A stretch of 64,000 nt of DNA from assembly GCA_049325335.1 (NCBI GenBank), contig JBMOMC010000043.1, positions 373,852 to 437,851 of the forward strand, given 5' to 3'. Made by a program: the position numbers and the translations under genes. Source of the DNA: Nitrospirota bacterium (GTDB lineage: Bacteria; Nitrospirota; Nitrospiria; 2-01-FULL-66-17). Shown one piece after another: positions 11,429 through 21,395 of this stretch. Under the pieces are notes generated by a model. It saw only the letters and a list, made by a program, of their open reading frames with translations, did not search any database and was not told the origin of the DNA. Within the stretch, counting starts at the first letter, position 1. Each line of letters starts with the position of its first letter.

Positions 11429-11458
11429 TTGACAGACTTCCGCCGCCTTCGCTACAAT
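11429..11458 (+). promoter_or_regulatory. Sigma70-type promoter, probably leaderless
   Basis: TTGACA-18-TACAAT, with ATG 7 nt downstream. Confidence 0.65.
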
Positions 11459-11465
11459 CCGCCGC

Positions 11466-12101
11466 ATGTCGATAATCCCTTGGAAGTCCGTTGGTTCGAT
11501 GGCGTGGGCAGTGACCGTGTCGCTGCCCATGGTGTTTGGGCCGGTTGCCTGCGAGAAGAAAGAGTCCGCCCCATCGTCCGAAGTTCCCGCGCCGCCGGCC
11601 GCCTCGGGGGAGTCCGCCGCGCCGCCGGATCCTCAAGTCGCGAAGGCGATGGAGGAGATCGTCCAATACCGTCAGCGGGTGGCCCAAAACCCGAACGACG
11701 TGGAAGCATTGGCCGCGCTGGGCACCGTCAATCTCATGTTGCAGCGCCCTGACCACGCGAAAGAATGGTTTGAACGCGTGCTGAAGGTTGATCCGAATCG
11801 CAAGGACACGCGGATCGATCTGGCCATTGCGCTTCGGTATTTGCAGCAATCCGACGAGGCGATCAAACAGCTCAACCTTGTTCTGGCCAAAGACCCCAAG
11901 AATGCCGCCGCGCTGTTTAATGCGGGCATCATTCTGCTCGAGGACAAAAAAGATCAACCCGCGGCGATTGCCAAGTGGGAAGCACTGATGAAAGCGTACC
12001 CCGACGACCCTCGGGTGCCCCAGCTCCGTCAGATGGTCGAGGGGCTGAAACACCCGACCGCCGCCGCGCCGCCCACGCCAGCGGCTCCTTCCGGCGGCTG
12101 A
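11466..12101 (+). CDS. TPR-repeat (lipo)protein
   Basis: Lipobox-like PVAC; Pro/Ala linker; TPR helices (PNDVEALAALG, DPKNAAALFNAG). Confidence 0.8.
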   Translation: MSIIPWKSVGSMAWAVTVSLPMVFGPVACEKKESAPSSEVPAPPAASGESAAPPDPQVAKAMEEIVQYRQRVAQNPNDVEALAALGTVNLMLQRPDHAKEWFERVLKVDPNRKDTRIDLAIALRYLQQSDEAIKQLNLVLAKDPKNAAALFNAGIILLEDKKDQPAAIAKWEALMKAYPDDPRVPQLRQMVEGLKHPTAAAPPTPAAPSGG

Positions 12102-12130
12102 CGTCGTCGCGTGGCCCGGTCCGCATCCAC

Positions 12131-12217
12131 GCCGGTGTGGCGGAATCGGCAGACGCAAGGGACTTAAAATCCCTCGGGGGCAACCCCATCCCGGTTCGAT
12201 CCCGGGCGCCGGCACCA
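12131..12217 (+). tRNA. tRNA-Leu (anticodon TAA)
   Basis: GCCGGTG acceptor stem, D-arm GGCGGAATCGGCAGACGC, anticodon arm AGGGA-CTTAAAA-TCCCT, long variable arm, GGTTCGAT T-loop, encoded CCA. Confidence 0.96.
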
Positions 12218-12256
12218 TCCCAGCACGTGTGCGAGACCTGGATATAACGATCCGGA

Positions 12257-12778
12257 ATGCTGCGCGCGATTCTTAAACTCCTCACGGTCCTGAACTCCGA
12301 GGCCGAACCCGGCCAGATCAGCCTCGCGGTGGCGTTCTCGCTCATCGTGGGGCTGACGCCGCTGTGGAGTCTGCATAACCTACTGGTCCTCTTGATCGTA
12401 TTGCTCCTGCGCGTGAATCTGTCCGCGTTCCTGCTGGGCACCGCGGTCTTCTCAGGTCTCGCCTATCTAGTCGATCCGTTGTTTCACAGCGTGGGCCTCG
12501 CTGTGTTGACCGCGCCGTCACTCGAAGGGTTGTGGACCGCGCTGTACAACTCCACGTTGTGGCGGATCGAACGGTTCAACAATTCCATCGTCATGGGTAG
12601 CCTGCTTGTTTCGCTCGCGCTCTTCCTGCCGACAGTCCTCATGTTCAACTGGGCCATCAGGAAATACCGGGAGCGCGTGGTGGCCAAGGTCAAACAGTGG
12701 CGCCTGGTGCAGACCCTCACCGCGACGCGGTTCTTCCAGATGTACCGGTCGTACTCGAACTGGGGCAACGGCTCATGA
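12257..12778 (+). CDS. TIGR03546-like membrane protein
   Basis: LNSE..PGQISLA, LLRVNL and RFNNSIVMG motifs; paired with a TIGR03545-like gene. Confidence 0.8.
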   Translation: MLRAILKLLTVLNSEAEPGQISLAVAFSLIVGLTPLWSLHNLLVLLIVLLLRVNLSAFLLGTAVFSGLAYLVDPLFHSVGLAVLTAPSLEGLWTALYNSTLWRIERFNNSIVMGSLLVSLALFLPTVLMFNWAIRKYRERVVAKVKQWRLVQTLTATRFFQMYRSYSNWGNGS

Positions 12779-14523
12779 AGTGGGTGCGCTGGCCGGGGCT
12801 GATTGCGTTCCTCGTGATCGTGGCCATCGGCGCGGCCGTGTGGTGGCTGGTGGTGGATGCGCTGGTCAAGCGTGGGATCGAAGCCGTCGGGACCAAGATC
12901 GTCGGCGCCAAGGTCGAATTGGCCAAGGCCGACGTCACGCTGATTCCGCTGGGCATTGAACTGCGGCGCCTGCAAGTGACCAATCCGGATGAGCCCATGC
13001 GCAACGCGGTGGAGATCACCCGCATGGCGTTCGGCATGGAAGCGCTGCAACTGCTGCGGCGCAAGGCGATCATCGACGAGATGGCCATCGACGGGATGCA
13101 GTTCAATACCGTGCGGCAGACCTCGGGCGCGATCGTTCGCCCGGCCGAGAAGAAAGAAGCGGAGAAACCGGGCGGTTCGTTCATCGACCTGCCCTCGCTC
13201 GACCTGCCGAGCGCGAAGGACGTGGTGGCCCGGGAAGATTTGGAGTCGCTCCAGGCAGTGGCCGCAGTGCGCGCCGAGATCGAGTCCGGCCGTCAACGCT
13301 GGAAGCAGCGAATCTCGGAGACCGTGGACAAGACCAAGTTGGATGACTTTAAGCGCCGGGCCGACGAGATCAAGAAATCCGCCAAGGGCGGAGTGGACGC
13401 GCTGTTGGGCAACGTGGGCGAGGCGGCTCAACTCCGAAAAGACGTCAAGAACGAGTTGGACACGATCAAGGGTGCGCGCGAAGACTTGGCCAAGGACTTG
13501 GCCGCGTTCAAGCGCCGGGTCGAAGAGGCCACTGCCGCGCCGCAGGCGGATCTCAAGCGGCTCAAAGAAAAATACGCCCTGTCCGCCGGGGGCATGGCGA
13601 ACGTGGCGGCCGCGCTCTTTGGTGGGGAAATCGGCTCGTGGGCCAAGACCAGCGCCGTATGGTACGAGCGCCTGCAACCCCTGCTGGCCAGCGCGAGCAG
13701 CAGCGGCCCCGAGCAGGTCAAGCCACTACGTGGCAAGGGCGTGGACGTGAAGTTCCGGGAGCGCCAACCCTTGCCGGACTTTTTGATCCGCACTGCGCGG
13801 GTTTCCGTCGAGATTCCGGCGGGCGTCGTGGTCGGTCAAGTGCGCCAAATCACCACGGATCAAGACATCCTGGGCGCGCCCACGACATTCGAGTTCGCGG
13901 GCGACAAGCTCGAACAATTACGATCCGTGGCGCTGCGCGGGGAAATCAATCGCGTGCATCCCGACCAACCTCGCGACACGGTCACGCTCAACGCGGATGG
14001 TTACGCCATCCAACGCGCCGTGCTCTCGAACAGCCCTAAGTGGCCGGTGGTGCTCGACGGCGCCGAGGCGGACGTGGACCTGAAAGCCGTGGTCGCGAAC
14101 GGCGCGCTTGACGCCACCGTCGATTCAAAACTCTCCGGCGTGCACTTCTCAACCGGCGATCACAAAGCCGAAGGCCGTATGGCCGAAGCCATCGCCTCCG
14201 CGCTGGCCGACGTCAAAGCATTTCATCTTGTTGCCACGGTTACGGGCACGACACAGAACCCGGACGTGAAGGTGACGTCCGATCTGGATTCCGTGCTCAA
14301 GAACGCCGTGGGCAAGATGATGACGGAACAGGCCGCGCGCTTGGAGGCAGATCTTAAAGCCGCGATCGCCGAGCGCGTCAATGGCCCGCTGGAGGACCTG
14401 AAGAAACAACTCGCCGGGTTTGGCGGGGTGGGCGACGATCTGGCGTCGCGTAGCGAGGCGCTCAATAACCTGCTCAACGAAAAACTCGCGCCCAAGGTCA
14501 AAGGGCTGAAGCTGCCGTTTTAG
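12775..14523 (+). CDS. TIGR03545-like protein (AsmA-like N-terminus, coiled-coil)
   Basis: RWPGL N-terminal anchor, GAKVEL, VTNPDEPMRN, RGKGVDVKF..PDFLIR; start ATG 12775 overlaps the upstream stop. Confidence 0.8.
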   Translation: MKWVRWPGLIAFLVIVAIGAAVWWLVVDALVKRGIEAVGTKIVGAKVELAKADVTLIPLGIELRRLQVTNPDEPMRNAVEITRMAFGMEALQLLRRKAIIDEMAIDGMQFNTVRQTSGAIVRPAEKKEAEKPGGSFIDLPSLDLPSAKDVVAREDLESLQAVAAVRAEIESGRQRWKQRISETVDKTKLDDFKRRADEIKKSAKGGVDALLGNVGEAAQLRKDVKNELDTIKGAREDLAKDLAAFKRRVEEATAAPQADLKRLKEKYALSAGGMANVAAALFGGEIGSWAKTSAVWYERLQPLLASASSSGPEQVKPLRGKGVDVKFRERQPLPDFLIRTARVSVEIPAGVVVGQVRQITTDQDILGAPTTFEFAGDKLEQLRSVALRGEINRVHPDQPRDTVTLNADGYAIQRAVLSNSPKWPVVLDGAEADVDLKAVVANGALDATVDSKLSGVHFSTGDHKAEGRMAEAIASALADVKAFHLVATVTGTTQNPDVKVTSDLDSVLKNAVGKMMTEQAARLEADLKAAIAERVNGPLEDLKKQLAGFGGVGDDLASRSEALNNLLNEKLAPKVKGLKLPF

Positions 14524-14563
14524 GAGTGCTTAATCGATGCCCGGCCGTCATAAGCACGGCCGC

Positions 14564-14627
14564 CTGGTTGCCCGCCTGCGCGGGCGTGACAGTACTTGTC
14601 GTCATTCCCGCCCGTGCGGGAATCCGG
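14564..14627. repeat. Pair of oppositely oriented REP-like palindromes (GTCA-type)
   Basis: CTGGTTGCCCGCCTGCGCGGGCGTGAC (14564-14590) and GTCATTCCCGCCCGTGCGGGAATCCGG (14601-14627) are diverged reverse complements, each with an internal CCCGC..GCGGG hairpin. Confidence 0.7.
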
Positions 14628-14673
14628 AGATCGTGGCATTGAGGTGTGGACTGAAGGCTGCTGGTGAGCGGCA

Positions 14674-14697
14674 GAAAACGGATCAGATCCCGTTTTC
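14674..14697. repeat. Near-perfect palindrome at the left edge of the defence island
   Basis: GAAAACGGATC-A-GATCCCGTTTTC. Confidence 0.65.
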
Positions 14698-14779
14698 CTC
14701 TTACTAAACCAATTTTGTGCGGTATAAGGTATAAAACAGGAAATTGCTCTGTTCGCCACGAAAAATCATATAGATAACG

Positions 14780-16228
14780 ATGCCGGCTAAGGACAAAAAG
14801 CCAACCAAAGACCTGGAAACGCTGCTGGCGCCGTATAACCCGTGGTGGGTGGAGCCGCGTGGCGTCTGGCGTGACAATTTGCCGGAGTATCAACGGCCCG
14901 TGGTGCGGGAGCTGCTAGCCGATCTCGCCGAGTTGCCGCAGATGATTTCCATCACCGGGCCTCGCCGCGTGGGCAAAACAACCGCCCTCAAGCAGGTCAT
15001 TCGTCACTTGTTGGATCACGAAAGCGTCGAGCCCGGTCGCATTCTCTATTTCTCGTTCGACGATCCGGAGGTGTACGGTTCGCCCGATCTCCAGCGGACA
15101 CTCTTCGAGCAACTCGTGACGCATGCTGGGGTGAAGCCGGGGCATGCAGGACGCTGCTATTTTTTCCTGGACGAAATCCAGCGCCTCCCAAAATGGGAAC
15201 TACATCTTAAGAAATACTACGACCTCAAGTATCCCATTCGCGTTACCGTCTCAGGTTCGGCCTCTTCGCCGATTTTCCGAAGCTCGCAGGAAAGTTTGCT
15301 TGGGCGCATCAAAGACCGCCACCTCTTGCCGTTCGGTTTCCGTGAATATTGTCAGTATCACCTGCGCGACCGGCCGCAATTTGCCACGACGCTTGATCGG
15401 TACGCCAATCTGCGTGGTCTTCTGATGGAAGGCAAGGGCACGGAGGTAGTGCAATTCGTGAACGCCATGCATGAGGCGTTCACACCGTTCGAATCCGAGC
15501 TCACCCGCGCAGTTGTCAGCTACTGCCGCGAAGGCGGGTTCCCCGAAGTCTGGAGCCTCCCCGATCCCGTGCGTAAGATGGAGTACCTGATGGAGCAGCA
15601 GGTGCGCAAGGTCCTCTATGAGGACCTCATGGCGCTCACGCAGTACCGCAAGCCGGAGAACGTGCTGCGCTTCTTCGTGTATCTGCTGGCCCATCCGGGT
15701 ATCGAGATCAACATGTCCACGGTGGCGCGTGACGCCGGCGTGGAGCGGCGCGTGGTGGACGAGAATCTCCCGCGCCTTGAAATGACCGACCTCGTCATCC
15801 GCATCCGGAAATTCAGCCACAAGCCGCTGCGTGTTCGCCAGGGGAATATCAAGTGTTACCCGGTGGATCTTGCGCTGCGCAACGCGGTGCTCAAGACCTG
15901 GGACGACTTTACGCAGAACCCGACGATGATGGGCCTCTACGCGGAAAATCTCGTCGCGCACGAACTCAGGAAATGGCCGGAGGCGATCGAGGTGACGTAT
16001 TACCGCGAAAAGGCGCAAGAGGTGGATTTCGTCGTCACACACGGTGGCGCGCGCTACCTGCCCCTGGAAGTGAAACACCGTACGGCGACCGCGGCGGTTT
16101 CGGGGCTGCGGCATTTTCTCAAGAAATTTCGGCTCGATTTTGGCGTCGTCATCACGCGCGATCGCGATTGTCGCTTCGAGCACAGCATCCTTCACTTGCC
16201 GCTTCGATATTTTCTACTCGCGAACTGA
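14780..16228 (+). CDS. AAA_14 ATPase with DUF4143 / PD-(D/E)xK-like C-terminus
   Basis: Walker A GPRRVGKTT, Walker B FFLDEIQ, SGS, GGFPE, ENLV and EVDFV...PLEVK. Confidence 0.85.
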   Translation: MPAKDKKPTKDLETLLAPYNPWWVEPRGVWRDNLPEYQRPVVRELLADLAELPQMISITGPRRVGKTTALKQVIRHLLDHESVEPGRILYFSFDDPEVYGSPDLQRTLFEQLVTHAGVKPGHAGRCYFFLDEIQRLPKWELHLKKYYDLKYPIRVTVSGSASSPIFRSSQESLLGRIKDRHLLPFGFREYCQYHLRDRPQFATTLDRYANLRGLLMEGKGTEVVQFVNAMHEAFTPFESELTRAVVSYCREGGFPEVWSLPDPVRKMEYLMEQQVRKVLYEDLMALTQYRKPENVLRFFVYLLAHPGIEINMSTVARDAGVERRVVDENLPRLEMTDLVIRIRKFSHKPLRVRQGNIKCYPVDLALRNAVLKTWDDFTQNPTMMGLYAENLVAHELRKWPEAIEVTYYREKAQEVDFVVTHGGARYLPLEVKHRTATAAVSGLRHFLKKFRLDFGVVITRDRDCRFEHSILHLPLRYFLLAN

Positions 16229-16328
16229 GGGGAGATGCGTGAAGGCAGTAATCACCATGTCGCCAACAGGCCAAAAAGTAGATCCGTGCCGTGGTTAGCT
16301 ACTCAGCCAACAATAAAATATCTTGATC

Positions 16329-18749
16329 GTGGCTCCTCTGACCGATAAGGAGAAACGCGAACTGCTCCGGCTAATTGAGGCCGGGGAGCCGTTGCCCGAG
16401 AAATGGCGCGGCCGGTTGTTCCCCGGAGGCGTAAGGGGGCCGGAGGTGGGGAAGGAATACCGGCTGGTCTATGACGGCAAGGCGCGGCGGGAGGAGGTGC
16501 TGGCGCAGACGCCGGCGGCGCCGTGGCAACTCGTCCGGCAGTTCTGCACTGAGCGCCCGCATCCGGATGGCTGGCGCAACCTGCTCGTGTGGGGCGACAA
16601 CCTGTTGGCGTTGCGCGAGTTGCTCGCCGACCAGCAGGGACCGAACCGCTTCGGCACGCGCGGCAAGATCCGCCTGATCTACATCGACCCGCCATTCGCC
16701 ACGCGGCAGGACTTCATGAAGGACAAGGAAAAGGCCTACCGCGACAAGGTGCTTGGTTCGCAGTTCATCGAGTTCCTCCGCCGACGGCTCATCCTCCTTC
16801 GCGAACTCCTTGCCGATGACGGCAGCATCTACGTCCACCTCGACTTCAAGAAGGGACACTATATTAAGGCAGTCCTCGATGAAGTCTTCGGTGAAGAAAA
16901 CTTCGTAAACGAGATCGTGTGGCAACGTTCCACGGCACACAACATGCGCACTAAAGGGTGGACGCGGTGCAATGATACATTGCTCTTTTATCGTAGGAAC
17001 GACCGTTTCGTCTTCAACGAGCAATTCGTTGGTTACAGCGCCGAGCAATTGGCCCGTTATAAGCGGGACGAAAACGGTGAACTCTACAAGGGCGAGAATC
17101 TCACCTTTTCTGGAGTAAATAAGGCCCGCCAGTTCACCTGGCGTGGGAGTAAGCCGCCTGCAAATCGCTCATGGGGAGCGGACGAGGACCAACTTGAACG
17201 TTGGTGGGCGGAGGGGCGCATCCTCAAGAAGCAGGACGGTAGCCCCCGCCTCGATGGACTCAAGATTTTTTTGAAGGAAACGAAAGGCGGCAGCCCCGTT
17301 ACGACGAATTGGACGGACATAGAGCGAATCGGTAACACGTCGGAAGAGCGCACGGATTACCCGACTCAGAAGCCTGAACAACTTCTGGGACGCATCATTC
17401 GCGCCTCTTCTAACGAAGGCGATATCATCCTCGACTGCTTCTCCGGCAGCGGCACGACAGCGGCGGTAGCCGAGAAGCTGGGGCGGCGTTGGATCGCGAT
17501 GGATTGCGGCAAGCTGGCGATCTATACGGCGCAGAAACGCCTGTTCTCCCTCACCACCACCATCGGTGCGGTCAAGAAGGACGACCGGAGCGAACCCGAT
17601 CGCGTGGAGGATTGGGGTGAGCATCTCAAAGAGGCGCCCGGTGTTCTCCTCATTACCGAGAAAGCCCGCAAAGGCGAATGCGAGGTGACGCTCGACCTCC
17701 TCGAAGACCTCGCCGCGCTGGTCAAAAAGCACGACCTCATTAAGAAGGATGCCGCGGTCTCGCTCGTCTGTCCCAAGGACAAGTTGAGTATTCCGGGATC
17801 GAAACTTCAAGACACTGACGAAGGCCCCGGCGCCAAGCGAATCAAGGTCAACGGCGTGGAGTTTCGCATCTCGTTCGTGACGGAGAAGGACAAACCGGAG
17901 AAAGACAAGCCCTTGCCGGCGCGGGAGTTCGCGCTGTATCGGGCTGGTGTGTACGACATGGCGGCGATCAAAGCGCTGCCGTGGGCCGAATACCGCCCGT
18001 TCGTGCTAAAGCTTTTCGGCGTGCGCGAACATTCGCACACCCGCTACGGCTTCACACTGGACGGCTACGTGGGCACGCACTCGGCCCTGCTCTGGAATTA
18101 CCCTGACCACAAGAAGCTGACCATCGACCACGGCTACGTGGACGACTTGCACCGCACGCTGCGCGGCAAGCCTGGCGAACGGTTCTACGTCATCGCCCCG
18201 GTTGTGTCGATGGCGTTCGCCGAAGACGAGGTGGTGCGGAACGGCACAACCTACGTCTTCCTCAAGGTGCCAATTTCAGTGCTGCTGAGATTGATCGAGG
18301 CAAAGGAACCCGCGGCGCTGAAGCAACCGACGAAGGAAGCGGACGTGAACGAGGTCATCGACGCGGTCGGCTTCGACTTTATCTCGCAACCTCTGGTGGT
18401 GGTGAAAGCCAAGAAGGAGAAACCGAAAGGCGAGTTGTTCGCGGATTGTGTACTGGAGATCCGCGAGTTTCGTTCGCAGACGCTGGCAACGGACCCGGAG
18501 GACTTCGCCAACTTCGAGACGTTCTCCATGGCCATGGTGGACCTCGACTATGACGGCGACGTCTTCCGGCTGGGCCGGGTTTTCTGGGCTGACGACCTAT
18601 TGAAAGATGCGGGCGGGCTGGAGAAGGCCGAGCGGCTGGCGGTGCGAATTCCTGAGCAGGACTTCATCGGAAAGCGCCTGATGGTGATTCTGTCCGACCG
18701 ATATGGAAACGAAAAGACGCTGGTCTTTGAGAAGAAGGATTTCCGATGA
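16329..18749 (+). CDS. mod: Type III restriction-modification DNA methyltransferase (Mod) with long C-terminal extension
   Basis: GDNL, LIYIDPPF (motif IV), YPTQKPEQLL and LDCFSGSGTT (motif I) in beta-class order; ATGA overlap with Res. Start GTG 16329 or TTG 16323. Confidence 0.88.
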   Translation: MAPLTDKEKRELLRLIEAGEPLPEKWRGRLFPGGVRGPEVGKEYRLVYDGKARREEVLAQTPAAPWQLVRQFCTERPHPDGWRNLLVWGDNLLALRELLADQQGPNRFGTRGKIRLIYIDPPFATRQDFMKDKEKAYRDKVLGSQFIEFLRRRLILLRELLADDGSIYVHLDFKKGHYIKAVLDEVFGEENFVNEIVWQRSTAHNMRTKGWTRCNDTLLFYRRNDRFVFNEQFVGYSAEQLARYKRDENGELYKGENLTFSGVNKARQFTWRGSKPPANRSWGADEDQLERWWAEGRILKKQDGSPRLDGLKIFLKETKGGSPVTTNWTDIERIGNTSEERTDYPTQKPEQLLGRIIRASSNEGDIILDCFSGSGTTAAVAEKLGRRWIAMDCGKLAIYTAQKRLFSLTTTIGAVKKDDRSEPDRVEDWGEHLKEAPGVLLITEKARKGECEVTLDLLEDLAALVKKHDLIKKDAAVSLVCPKDKLSIPGSKLQDTDEGPGAKRIKVNGVEFRISFVTEKDKPEKDKPLPAREFALYRAGVYDMAAIKALPWAEYRPFVLKLFGVREHSHTRYGFTLDGYVGTHSALLWNYPDHKKLTIDHGYVDDLHRTLRGKPGERFYVIAPVVSMAFAEDEVVRNGTTYVFLKVPISVLLRLIEAKEPAALKQPTKEADVNEVIDAVGFDFISQPLVVVKAKKEKPKGELFADCVLEIREFRSQTLATDPEDFANFETFSMAMVDLDYDGDVFRLGRVFWADDLLKDAGGLEKAERLAVRIPEQDFIGKRLMVILSDRYGNEKTLVFEKKDFR

Positions 18750-21346
18750 GTCTGCAGTTCCGTATCGCGGATCAGGTGCTCCGTGTGGACGACGCGCGTG
18801 ATGCCACGGAGGGACGGGTCCACAAATACGACGCGTTCTTGAACCTGCTGTGTGCAGATCGCTATGCCTTTCAGCGTGAGGCGGTGCGCGAGGCCTGGCG
18901 CTTTCTTGTGTCGGACAAATATCCGGACCTCGAACGGCTCGCGCGCGAGAACTGGAACACTCGTGAGGCGATTCGTCAGCGGCACGAAAGTGTAGACGCC
19001 TATCTAGCAAAGATGCCGCTGCGTGGCTGTAAGGCGGTGTCGCTCGACCTAGCGACGGGCACAGGCAAGAGCTTCGTGATGTATGCGCTGGCGGCGATCG
19101 CGTTGGCCGAAGGGCTGGTGGATCGGGTGCTCGTGCTGTGCCCGTCGCTGACCATTGAAGACGGACTGTTGGACAAGTTCACCACGCTGGCGGGCAACAA
19201 CGAGCTGGCGGCGATCATGCGCGAGTTGGGCGCCGTGGTGGCGATTCCAGGCATTAAGCGCGGGAATCAGACCGTTCAGGCCGGCGACATTTGTATTGAG
19301 AACATCCATGCAGTCTACGAAAACGCCGGTTCGTCGATCGCGGACAGTTTCCGTGGCTACGGTGCCCGGACGCTGGTGCTGAACGACGAGGCGCACCACA
19401 TCTTCAGTCCGCTGGACAAGGGGTTGAAGGAGTGGTTGAAATTCCTGCTGCACACGGATTACGGCTTCCGGCACATCGTCAACGTTACCGGCACTCCCTA
19501 TGTCGGTAACGACTATTTCCCTGACGTGGTGTTCCGTTACGGCTTGAAGCAGGCCATTGCCGACAAGGTGGTGAAGAAGCCGAACTACAAGCTGGAAGAC
19601 ACGTACGCCGCGCACGACTGGCAGAAGACCTACGCGATTCATCAAAAGAACCGCAAGGACTACGGCGCGAAACTCAAGCCGATTAGCATCGTGGTTACGC
19701 AGGAGATCGCGCGTTGTGTGGAGGTGTGGCGGGATCTCGTTGAGTTCCTGGTGACGAAGGAGGCGATTAGCCGCGCGGAGGCGGAGCAGAAGGTGATTTG
19801 GGTGACCTCGGGCATTCCGACGGGGGCCACCGACAAGGCGCGAGTTGAAGCGGCTTACGGACCGCGAAACGACAAAGACTCTCCGGAGAAACGGCGCAAG
19901 GAAAATCTCATCCTTCTTCGCACGGTGGACGATCCGGCGAACGACGTGGAGTGGATCGTGTCCGTCAGCATGCTGACGGAAGGCTGGGACGTGAAAAACG
20001 TTTTCCAGATCGTGCCGCATGATTCGCGGGCGTTCTCGTCGAAGTTGCTCATCGCACAGGTGCTCGGCCGAGGGCTGCGCGTACCGCCGGGACTGGTGAC
20101 GGAACCACTGGTGACGATCAACAATCATGAGGCATGGTCGGAGGAAATCGGCAACCTGCTGAAAGAAGTGCTGGAGGTGGAGAACACGCTCTCGTGGGGT
20201 TACGAGGCGCGCCGGGCCGCCTTTGCATTTCCGCTCCACAACCTGCGGTACGAACCGGAGCAGAAGTCGGTGGAAACCAAGCGCGAAAAAGCGCGTGAAC
20301 CCGAGGTGAACTTCCAAACACAGAATCGGAAGACGACGGAGTACTCCACCTTTTCCGAGACCGGCGCGTTGTCAGTCGAAATCCAGCACCTCGACTTACT
20401 TGAGATCGACGACGCGGTGCGGCTTATGCGGCTATTCCTACGGGAGAAAGACGAGAAAATTGCCGCCAAATGGCCAAAGAAACGGCTCCAAGATTTTATC
20501 GTAAGCGGATTGAAGAGGGCGGGGCAAGAGACAACCTTCCTCAGCAAGCAGAACTTTCTGTTGCTCCAGCACAGCTTTGGGCCGATGTTCCGCGAACTCG
20601 ACAAAGAGCATCCGCGCATGACCCAGACGGCGAAAGACCTCGTGCTCATCGACCTCGCTGCGGTGCCACGGCAATCGTTCTCCGAAGACACGCTCAAGGA
20701 GCACGGGACGGTGTACTACGCGAAGGAAGCGCAACCTCCTTACGGCCCACCAGAATTGCACCTGTGGGACCAGTACCAACGCCTCCGCAAGCAGCTTGCC
20801 GATTACGGGAACGACGCGTCCGACCAGGCGAAGGCGGTGGGATCACGACTTCAGGAAGTGGATCCCCCGAAGTTTAAGATGCCTTGGAACGTGCTTTACG
20901 CCAGCCATGAACCGGAGCGAAAGTTCTCCGATTTGCTGTTCCTGAACGCGGAACTATTCGATGGCTTCGTCAAAATGCCGAATCAGGGTGGCTACTCCTT
21001 CCCGTATTCTTACAAGCCGGCAAAGACCGCGAAAACCCACACGGCGAATGAGAACTTTAACCCAGACTTCTTTCTTCGGGTGCGTGGAAAGCACGACATC
21101 CTGGTGATAGAGATCAAGGCCGAAGGCGACGACTCCAACCGCAACCGCGCCAAGTGCCGTGATGGCCAGGCACATTTTCAAACACTTAACGCGAAACTTG
21201 CTGAAAAGCGCGTGCCTTGGTGCTACCACTTCTATTTTCTGTCCCCCGAAGACTTTACGAGCTTCTTCGAGCGAGTTCGGCAAGGCACCCTTGCCGGATG
21301 GAAGTCGGGGTTGATGCAGACGCTTGAAGGTGATCAGGTGGAATAG
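18746..21346 (+). CDS. res: Type III restriction endonuclease (Res), SF2 helicase plus nuclease
   Basis: LATGTGKS, NDEAHH, TGTP, MLTEGWDV, QVLGRGLR; C-terminal NPDF...VIEIK. Confidence 0.88.
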   Translation: MSLQFRIADQVLRVDDARDATEGRVHKYDAFLNLLCADRYAFQREAVREAWRFLVSDKYPDLERLARENWNTREAIRQRHESVDAYLAKMPLRGCKAVSLDLATGTGKSFVMYALAAIALAEGLVDRVLVLCPSLTIEDGLLDKFTTLAGNNELAAIMRELGAVVAIPGIKRGNQTVQAGDICIENIHAVYENAGSSIADSFRGYGARTLVLNDEAHHIFSPLDKGLKEWLKFLLHTDYGFRHIVNVTGTPYVGNDYFPDVVFRYGLKQAIADKVVKKPNYKLEDTYAAHDWQKTYAIHQKNRKDYGAKLKPISIVVTQEIARCVEVWRDLVEFLVTKEAISRAEAEQKVIWVTSGIPTGATDKARVEAAYGPRNDKDSPEKRRKENLILLRTVDDPANDVEWIVSVSMLTEGWDVKNVFQIVPHDSRAFSSKLLIAQVLGRGLRVPPGLVTEPLVTINNHEAWSEEIGNLLKEVLEVENTLSWGYEARRAAFAFPLHNLRYEPEQKSVETKREKAREPEVNFQTQNRKTTEYSTFSETGALSVEIQHLDLLEIDDAVRLMRLFLREKDEKIAAKWPKKRLQDFIVSGLKRAGQETTFLSKQNFLLLQHSFGPMFRELDKEHPRMTQTAKDLVLIDLAAVPRQSFSEDTLKEHGTVYYAKEAQPPYGPPELHLWDQYQRLRKQLADYGNDASDQAKAVGSRLQEVDPPKFKMPWNVLYASHEPERKFSDLLFLNAELFDGFVKMPNQGGYSFPYSYKPAKTAKTHTANENFNPDFFLRVRGKHDILVIEIKAEGDDSNRNRAKCRDGQAHFQTLNAKLAEKRVPWCYHFYFLSPEDFTSFFERVRQGTLAGWKSGLMQTLEGDQVE

Positions 21347-21364
21347 CGAGAAATTGGGTGTGAG

Positions 21365-21391
21365 AGAAATTGGGGTCGGAGAACAATTTCT
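21365..21391. repeat. Imperfect palindromic junction site
   Basis: AGAAATTG-GGGTCGGAGAA-CAATTTCT, preceded by a partial direct copy GAGAAATTGGG at 21348-21358. Confidence 0.6.
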
Positions 21392-21395
21392 GATT

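Noticed and set aside
12131..12217. bldA-like regulation by the rare TTA tRNA
   Set aside because: TTA codons occur in housekeeping genes here (e.g. fumC); no evidence of conditional control.
14521..14533. GAGTGCTTAA resembling a CIRCE half-site
   Set aside because: No matching left arm and no chaperone gene adjacent.
16239..16298. Short ORF VKAVITMSPTGQKVDPCRG with RBS, running into the 16273 site
   Set aside because: Could be the cut 5' end of a lost gene but is too short to support as a feature.
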